This document shows, one piece after another, positions 58,421 to 64,000 of a DNA stretch of 64,000 nucleotides; within the stretch, counting starts at the first letter, position 1; each line of letters starts with the position of its first letter. Location of the stretch: the NCBI GenBank assembly GCA_035702815.1, contig DASSZO010000092.1:7004-71003 (forward strand). Reading direction: 5' to 3'. This DNA comes from Candidatus Aquilonibacter sp. (lineage in GTDB: Bacteria; Vulcanimicrobiota; Vulcanimicrobiia; Vulcanimicrobiales; Vulcanimicrobiaceae). Position numbers and translations under genes: made by a program. The notes beneath the pieces were generated by a model. It worked only from the letters and a program-made list of their open reading frames with translations, was not told the origin of the DNA and searched no databases.

Positions 58421-58889
58421 GCACGGGCGCCATCACGGACTCGGAATGCGCGGTGGACGCGCACGCGGCGAGATGAAGTACGAGATTCTCCAATGTCTCG
58501 CACATGGACCGCGCCACGGCTACGACATCATGCTCGAAATCGAATCGAAGACGGGGATGCGGCCCAGTCCCGGTTCGATCTATCCCGCGCTACAGATGCT
58601 CGAAGACGGCGATTTCATTCGCGGTCAGGAGCGCGATGGAAAGCGCACGTACGAGATCACGGACAAGGGACGCGAACTCCTCGCGCAGCGCGAGCGCCCC
58701 CAGGACGAAGGCGCCGAAGATGAATCGTTTTACGGCGTGATCGCCGAAGCGATGCGCCAGGTTCACGGCATCAAAGATGCAGTCAAACAAATCGCGCGCA
58801 GCGGGAATCTCGACATGTACAAAAAAGCCGTAGCCGTGCTCGACAAGGCGCGGCGCGAGCTCTTCGCAATTCTCGCCGATCATGTCTAG
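58407..58889 (+). CDS. PadR family transcriptional regulator
   Basis: EILQCLAHGPRHGYDIMLEIESKTGMRPSPGSIYPALQMLEDGDFI...YEITDKGRELL. Confidence 0.85.
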   Translation: MFAFKHGRHHGLGMRGGRARGEMKYEILQCLAHGPRHGYDIMLEIESKTGMRPSPGSIYPALQMLEDGDFIRGQERDGKRTYEITDKGRELLAQRERPQDEGAEDESFYGVIAEAMRQVHGIKDAVKQIARSGNLDMYKKAVAVLDKARRELFAILADHV

Positions 58890-60268
58890 CGGCGCAAGCC
58901 GCGCAGAATCTTGCCCTCCGTGTTCAGGTAATAGGTCGCAGGATCGAAACGAGACGAGCCGGCGAACATCAGATAGAGATACTTGAAGTTCTCGCTGAAA
59001 CTGTAGGCCGGGAAGTGGTCGCCGACTGTCATCGGCGTCGTGCGAATGTCCGTCAAGACGGTGTATCCGTTCTCAACCCGGCAGTGGTCGCGTACGGCGA
59101 GGAAGTAGTCGTACGCGGTGCGCCGGTATTTTTCATCGCCGGTGAGAAACCACAGATCGAACGCGGAGTTCGCGTACTCGGGGCGCAATCCGTAGCGCGG
59201 ATCGGTAATCGCCATCGTTGCAACGTCGATCTCTTCCGGAAAGATCCCGTACTTCTGCAGTACGGCCGTCCACGAATCGTAGAACGCGGCGCCGACGTCG
59301 CGCCGCCCTCCTTTGGCGACCAGTTCGGCGTAGAACGCCGAAAGCTCGGTAAGGCGCGTATTCCCCGTCGGCTTGCCCGTGGTGTAATCCGTCGTCGCAA
59401 ACCACAGATGTCCGCCGTAGTGCACGCTGTTATAGCGCAAGAGCGGTTCGGTGACCAGATCGTACCAGGCACGGCACTGCCCGACGTGCAGCATCTGCCA
59501 ACCGCCCCACAAGTATTCGTAAAACGAATCGACGGGTTCGTCGGGCGCAACGTCGTCGTGATCGATGAACTCCCCCGATTCGACGTCGAAATTCGTGCCA
59601 AGGAGATCGAGCGGCGATCGCTTCGCGATCACGGTCCGCAGCGCGCGCATGGAAGCATCGAGGTACTTTGGATCGCCCGTCAACCGCGACAGATCGCCGA
59701 ACTCCAGAATATTGCTGCCGATCTCCGCAAGATTCGATTTCGGATCCGAGACGGCGCCGGTTTTGAGATTTGCGAAACGGTACGGCGCGCTGCTTGGCGA
59801 TTTGGTAAAACACGGCAAGAGGCGGTCCGCCAAATCGCGCGCGCCGTCGAGCATGAATCGCTCGCCCGTCGCGTAGTATCCGGCCAAAAGCCCGGCGACC
59901 ATCCGGATCACCGCCTCGAACATTTGGACGTTCGCGTCGACGTCGAAGTCGAGATGCGCGCGCAGCCATGCCACGCAAGCGTCGAGTTCGTCGTCGAGTT
60001 CCATCACGTAGAGCGTGTCGAGCGCTTCGATGATCGACAGCCCGAAGGAATGCGACGGAACGAAAAAATTCGAAGGCGTTCCACTCACGGGTTTGACTTC
60101 ATCGGCGCCCCACGCGAAGCGCTTATATCCCGTCCACGCGTGCAGAAACTCCGCGCGCACCGCGTCGGCAACGCTCTTTGGCGTAGGCGTCGCACCGAGC
60201 AGGAACGGCCCCGTCGCACACGCTGCCAAACCGCCGAGAAACCAGGATCGCCGCATCGATCGAGTCAT
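58886..60268 (-). CDS. Secreted glycoside hydrolase family 47 (class I alpha-1,2-mannosidase-like)
   Basis: FLHAWTGYKRFAWGADEVKPVSG, GLSIIEALDTLYVM, RPEYANSAFDLWFLTGDEKYRR and ENFKYLYLMF match the GH47 conserved blocks. N-terminal MRRSWFLGGLAACA signal. Its stop shares a CTAG with the PadR stop. Confidence 0.85.
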   Translation of the reverse strand: MTRSMRRSWFLGGLAACATGPFLLGATPTPKSVADAVRAEFLHAWTGYKRFAWGADEVKPVSGTPSNFFVPSHSFGLSIIEALDTLYVMELDDELDACVAWLRAHLDFDVDANVQMFEAVIRMVAGLLAGYYATGERFMLDGARDLADRLLPCFTKSPSSAPYRFANLKTGAVSDPKSNLAEIGSNILEFGDLSRLTGDPKYLDASMRALRTVIAKRSPLDLLGTNFDVESGEFIDHDDVAPDEPVDSFYEYLWGGWQMLHVGQCRAWYDLVTEPLLRYNSVHYGGHLWFATTDYTTGKPTGNTRLTELSAFYAELVAKGGRRDVGAAFYDSWTAVLQKYGIFPEEIDVATMAITDPRYGLRPEYANSAFDLWFLTGDEKYRRTAYDYFLAVRDHCRVENGYTVLTDIRTTPMTVGDHFPAYSFSENFKYLYLMFAGSSRFDPATYYLNTEGKILRGLRR

Positions 60269-60323
60269 CCGATGCCCTTCGAGATCGGCATCACGCCATT
60301 CCCCGTCAATCCGAGCTTATCGT

Positions 60324-60434
60324 TGTCATCCTGAGCTCGCCTCTGTCATCCTGAGCTTGTCGAAGGACGTCCCTCGACAAGCTCGGGATGACAGAGACAA
60401 GCTCGGGATGACAGAGACAGCTCAGGATGACAGA
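60324..60434. repeat. Nested palindromic repeat element built from 20-nt tandem units (REP/MITE-like)
   Basis: Two forward units start with TGTCATCCTGAGCT (60324, 60344). Three inverted units follow: GACAAGCTCGGGATGACAGA at 60376-60395 and 60396-60415 (identical), and GACAGCTCAGGATGACAGA at 60416-60434. The centre is at ~60368. Lies between the hutH stop and the GH47 start. Confidence 0.8.
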
Positions 60435-60446
60435 AGGGGACGTTTG

Positions 60447-61994
60447 CTACAACGATTCGCCCGTCGCGCGCTCCGCGGCGGCGACCAAGGCACCGCTGCC
60501 GATGAGTTCGCGCGCGGCTTCAATATCCGGTGCGGGGATGCGGTCCTCGGTCCACGGTGCGATCGAGATCCGCGCGAGATCGTACGCGGCTTGCGTGCCC
60601 GTTCCAGATTTGAGCGGACGGCGAAAATCCGTTGCGGCCAATGCGCCGAGCAGTTCGCACGCGAGTGCGCCCTCAACGTTATCGAGAACGCGAACAAGGT
60701 TATTCGCCGACGTCATGCCCATGCTGACGTGATCCTCTTGTCCGGCCGACGTCGGGATCGAGTCGACGCTCGACGGCCACGCGAGCCCCTTATTGTCGTT
60801 CACGACGGCTGCCGCCGCGTATTGCACGATCATCAATCCGGACTGCAATCCGGAACGGCCGGTGAGGAAGAGCGGCAGACCGCGATCTTCGGCGTTGAGC
60901 AACAGATAGAGGCGCCGTTCGGCGATCGACGCCAACTCGCTGATCGCAAGCTTGAGAAAGTCGATTGCGAGCGCGATCGGTTCGCCGTGGAAATTTCCAC
61001 CCGAGAGAAACTCGCCGTCTTCGGGAAAGACGAGCGGATTATCGGTGACCGAATTCGCCTCGACTTCCGCGACCCGCCGCACGTGCGCGATCGAATCGCG
61101 AACCGCGCCGTGAACGACCGGAATGCAGCGGAACGAATACGGGTCTTGCACGCGTCCGCACTCGCGGTGCGACAGCATGATCTCCGAACCGGCGAGAATC
61201 GCGCGCAAATTGGCGGCGACGCGTGACTGGCCGGGATGCGGCCGAAGATCGTTGATGCGATGATCGAAGACGCGATCCGTACCGAGAAACGCTTCGAGCG
61301 ACATTGCGGCGATCACGTCGGCGGCAGCCGCGAGGCGCTGCGCGCGCAGCACGCCGAGCGATGCAACGCCGGTCATCATCTGCGTGCCGTTGATGAGCGC
61401 GAGGCCCTCTTTCGGCCCGAGCGTCACCGGTTGCAACCCGGCCTGCGCGAGCGCAGCAGCGCTCGTCATCCGCTCGCCGCGATAAAACGCCTCGCCTTCG
61501 CCGATGAGCGTCAGCGACATGTGCGCGAGCGGCGCCAAGTCACCGCTTGCGCCGACCGATCCCTGACATGGAACGACGGGAACGACGCCGCGATTCAAAC
61601 ACGCCGCGATCAGTTCCAGCGTCTCGAGTTTGACCCCGGAATGACCGGCGGCCAGCGAATTGACGCGTAACGCGCAGGCGGCGCGAACCAACCGAATGTC
61701 GAGCGCCGGACCGGTGCCCGAGGCATGGCTTCGCACGAGGTTGAGCTGGAGTTGCGCGGCGTCTTTGGGGTCCACCGGCACGTTGGCCAGCCGGCCGAAC
61801 CCGGTCGTGACGCCGTAGATCGCCTGGCCGTCGGCGAACCGCTCGTCGACGAACGCGCGCGCCCGCACGACGCGTTCGCGCGCCGCTTCCGAGATCGCAA
61901 GCAAAGCGCCGTCCGCGATCGCTTCGACGGCTTCCAGGGTCAGGTGACGGCCGTCCAACTCGACGGTGGACGAGGGCTTCTCGGTCGTGGTCAT
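60447..61994 (-). CDS. hutH: Histidine ammonia-lyase
   Basis: GSVGASGDLAPLAHM is the MIO-forming ASG triad. Also YGVTTGFG and GGNFHGEP. Confidence 0.95.
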   Translation of the reverse strand: MTTTEKPSSTVELDGRHLTLEAVEAIADGALLAISEAARERVVRARAFVDERFADGQAIYGVTTGFGRLANVPVDPKDAAQLQLNLVRSHASGTGPALDIRLVRAACALRVNSLAAGHSGVKLETLELIAACLNRGVVPVVPCQGSVGASGDLAPLAHMSLTLIGEGEAFYRGERMTSAAALAQAGLQPVTLGPKEGLALINGTQMMTGVASLGVLRAQRLAAAADVIAAMSLEAFLGTDRVFDHRINDLRPHPGQSRVAANLRAILAGSEIMLSHRECGRVQDPYSFRCIPVVHGAVRDSIAHVRRVAEVEANSVTDNPLVFPEDGEFLSGGNFHGEPIALAIDFLKLAISELASIAERRLYLLLNAEDRGLPLFLTGRSGLQSGLMIVQYAAAAVVNDNKGLAWPSSVDSIPTSAGQEDHVSMGMTSANNLVRVLDNVEGALACELLGALAATDFRRPLKSGTGTQAAYDLARISIAPWTEDRIPAPDIEAARELIGSGALVAAAERATGESL

Positions 61995-62085
61995 GGCGCT
62001 AGACTTCCGGCCGTGCCCCCGCGCCTCCCGGGCTGCGACCTAGTTGGCGGGACTACAACCGCAATTAGGTTAAACTAACTTCACG

Positions 62086-63954
62086 ATGCGACGCCTCTTC
62101 GCGGTCCTTGCCTGCGCCCTGGTCTGCGCGCTTGCCCTCCTGCCGGTCTGCGTGCGGGCCGACGCTGACGAGCCCGCCGGGGTCAACCCGGTAACCCTCG
62201 GCCTCCAACCGCTCAAGGGCGCCGTCCCGGCCGCGACCGCGGCGCCGGGAGAATCGAGAAGCGTTCCGCGTCCCGACGGAACCGTTGCTGCGGTGCCGCA
62301 GACAAGCGGTCGTATCAAGACGTTTCATCTCGTCGAGCGTCTCGCGCCGTGGACTCTGCGTCCAGGGCTTACCGTGATGGCGCGAACGTACAACGGTGTC
62401 GTGCCAGGTCCGGTCCTGGAAGTCAATCAAGGCGACACCGTCGTCATCGAGTACGCGAACGACTCGGACATGCCGGACACCATTCATCTCCACGGCATCC
62501 ATAGCACCGCCGTCGACATGGACGGCGTCGCGGGAATTTCGCAGCCGCTGGTGCCGCCGGGCGGCCATTACACCTACCGTTTCGTCGCCGATCAACCCGG
62601 AACGTTCATCTACCACACGCACGGCACCGAGGCGATGCTCGATTCCGGACTCTATGGCGCGATTATCGTTCGGCCGTTGCATCCGCGTCCGGAAGAGCGC
62701 AACATCGCGCGCGACTACGTCGAGGTCATTTCGTCGTGGTCGATCCAGAGCGGCGCGGAAAACCACTTCACCCTCAACGGAAAAGAATATCCCGCGACGA
62801 CGCAACTGCAGGTTCGCAAGGGTGAACGCATGCGCATTCGCTGGATCAACATTTCCGGCGAAGAGTGGCACACGATGCACACGCACGGCCACGATCAACT
62901 CATCATCGCGCGGGATGCGCAACCGCGCAGCCAGCCCGACCTGCAAGACACCGTCGCGCTCGGACCGGGACAGCGCGCCGACGTCGTCGTTACCGCAAAC
63001 GCAAAGCCCGGAACGTGGCTCGTGCACTGCCACGTCGGCGACCACGTGCAGGACTCGCACTCGATGCCCGCGGGTTTGATCACCGCGATCCATTACGAGG
63101 GAACGCCGGACACCTTTGCATCGATGTACGACGCGATGATGCCGATGATGTCGCACGGCGGCCCGACCCCGCTCTCGATGCGCGACACCGTGTTGCTCGG
63201 CGCGATCGCCGGAATGACGATCTTTCTCGGTCTGCCGATCGCGCGTGCCAAGCGTTTATCGCCCAAAGCCGTCGCGATTCTCAATGCGATCGCCGTCGGG
63301 ATCCTCGTCTTTCTCGTCGTCGAGATCGCGCATAACGCAACGCAGCCGTTGACCAACGCGTTCACGGTCTGGCACGCCGGCCAAGCCCCGTTTCCACTCT
63401 GGCTGAGCATCGTGTACGTCGCCGGCCTCGCGATCGGGCTCATCGGTCTCGGCAGCGCGTCGCACCAATTTCTCAAACGCCATCAGGGCGACGTTGCCGA
63501 CAATCCGTGGGCGCTTTCGGCGGTCATCGCGTTCGGCATCGGCGCGCATAATTTCGGTGAAGGTCTTGCAATCGGCGCATCGGCGGCAAGCGGCGCGACC
63601 GCGCTTGCGATCGGACTGATCGTCGGCTTTGCGTTGCACAATGCAACCGAAGGGTTCGGGATCGCCGCGCCGATGACGGGACGCATGGTGCCGTCGTGGG
63701 GGCAGATCGCGCTGGCCGGGCTCGTCGCCGGCGGACCGACGTTCGTCGGTACGGTCGTCGGATACTATTTTTCGTCGCCGCTGCTCTCGGTGTTCTTTTT
63801 AACGATCGCAGCCGGCGCGCTCGTCTTCGTCATCGGCGAACTGTGGAGCGTACTCAAACGCACGGGCGTCACGAGCGCGGTGACGACCGCGCTCACCTGC
63901 GGTTTCGTCATCGCGCTCGTGACCGAGATGATCGTCGATCTCAGCGGCGGCTAA
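62086..63954 (+). CDS. Fusion protein: signal peptide, two-domain multicopper oxidase, Met-rich linker, and 8-TM ZIP-family metal permease
   Basis: MCO ligand blocks TIHLHG, FIYHTHG, WHTMHTHGH and LVHCHVGDH..M. ZIP signatures GAHNFGEGLAIG and ALHNATEGFGIA. Continuous 622-aa ORF. Confidence 0.85.
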   Translation: MRRLFAVLACALVCALALLPVCVRADADEPAGVNPVTLGLQPLKGAVPAATAAPGESRSVPRPDGTVAAVPQTSGRIKTFHLVERLAPWTLRPGLTVMARTYNGVVPGPVLEVNQGDTVVIEYANDSDMPDTIHLHGIHSTAVDMDGVAGISQPLVPPGGHYTYRFVADQPGTFIYHTHGTEAMLDSGLYGAIIVRPLHPRPEERNIARDYVEVISSWSIQSGAENHFTLNGKEYPATTQLQVRKGERMRIRWINISGEEWHTMHTHGHDQLIIARDAQPRSQPDLQDTVALGPGQRADVVVTANAKPGTWLVHCHVGDHVQDSHSMPAGLITAIHYEGTPDTFASMYDAMMPMMSHGGPTPLSMRDTVLLGAIAGMTIFLGLPIARAKRLSPKAVAILNAIAVGILVFLVVEIAHNATQPLTNAFTVWHAGQAPFPLWLSIVYVAGLAIGLIGLGSASHQFLKRHQGDVADNPWALSAVIAFGIGAHNFGEGLAIGASAASGATALAIGLIVGFALHNATEGFGIAAPMTGRMVPSWGQIALAGLVAGGPTFVGTVVGYYFSSPLLSVFFLTIAAGALVFVIGELWSVLKRTGVTSAVTTALTCGFVIALVTEMIVDLSGG

Positions 63955-64000
63955 CGCCTATGGGTTGCTGAGCGACCGTTGGCCGACGACGCGGCCCATC

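Noticed and set aside
60324-60434. Could the 20-nt tandem units be a miniature CRISPR array?
   Set aside because: The units are directly adjacent with no spacers. They occur in both orientations, forming a palindrome. No cas genes are nearby.
60015-61226. 403-aa plus-strand ORF spanning the repeat element (contains ...VILSLSKDVPRQARDDRDKLGMTE...)
   Set aside because: Its 5' part is antisense to the GH47 gene, its middle part is a translation of the palindromic repeat, and the rest is antisense to hutH.
62065-63156. 363-aa minus-strand ORF opposite the MCO-ZIP gene
   Set aside because: The plus-strand frame carries all the copper-ligand and ZIP motifs. The minus-strand product is Arg/His/Val-rich with no motif.

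Overview
High-G+C bacterial chromosomal window. It is almost entirely coding: about 60 CDS, many joined by 1-4 nt start/stop overlaps. I saw no rRNA, tRNA, CRISPR array, transposase or integrase.

Layout:
- 1-14 kb: minus-strand housekeeping operons in a Bacillus-like order. cysE (partial), a GluRS-C-domain-only ORF, ispF, ispD, a yacL-like PIN/TRAM gene, hemW, two degV, plsX, and a yloV-like gene divergent from rpmB. Then a PASTA protein, rpe, thiL, a pdxK-like gene, and yebC.
- 14-27 kb: one long minus-strand run. A carotenoid cluster (CrtI-family, phytoene/squalene synthase, second CrtI-family, acyltransferase, GT2) is followed by cmk, two plsC, ispH, a polyprenyl synthase and a 1112-aa double GT-C glycosyltransferase.
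- 27-38 kb: radA, glutamate formimidoyltransferase, an M16 peptidase, an aldehyde dehydrogenase, an MFS exporter with a divergent MmyB-like regulator, and dapD plus an aminotransferase.
- 38-46 kb: pentose-phosphate operon tkt, tal-pgi fusion, zwf, opcA, pgl.
- 46-53 kb: operon STAS, LolA-like, TetR, EmrA, EmrB, TolC, with a striking operator-like inverted repeat upstream.
- 53-62 kb: a split hut locus (hutH; hutU, hutI, hutF-like) interrupted by a wHTH/PadR pair and a GH47 alpha-mannosidase, with a nested palindromic repeat element.
- 62-64 kb: a single ORF fusing a secreted two-domain multicopper oxidase to a complete ZIP permease. This is my top candidate for something undescribed.

Caveats: all functional calls rest on motif recognition by eye, and no searches were run. 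The ORF track takes the longest ATG/GTG/TTG ORF, so I trimmed many starts using neighbouring stop codons and conserved N-termini. Long antisense ORFs typical of high-GC DNA were discarded.
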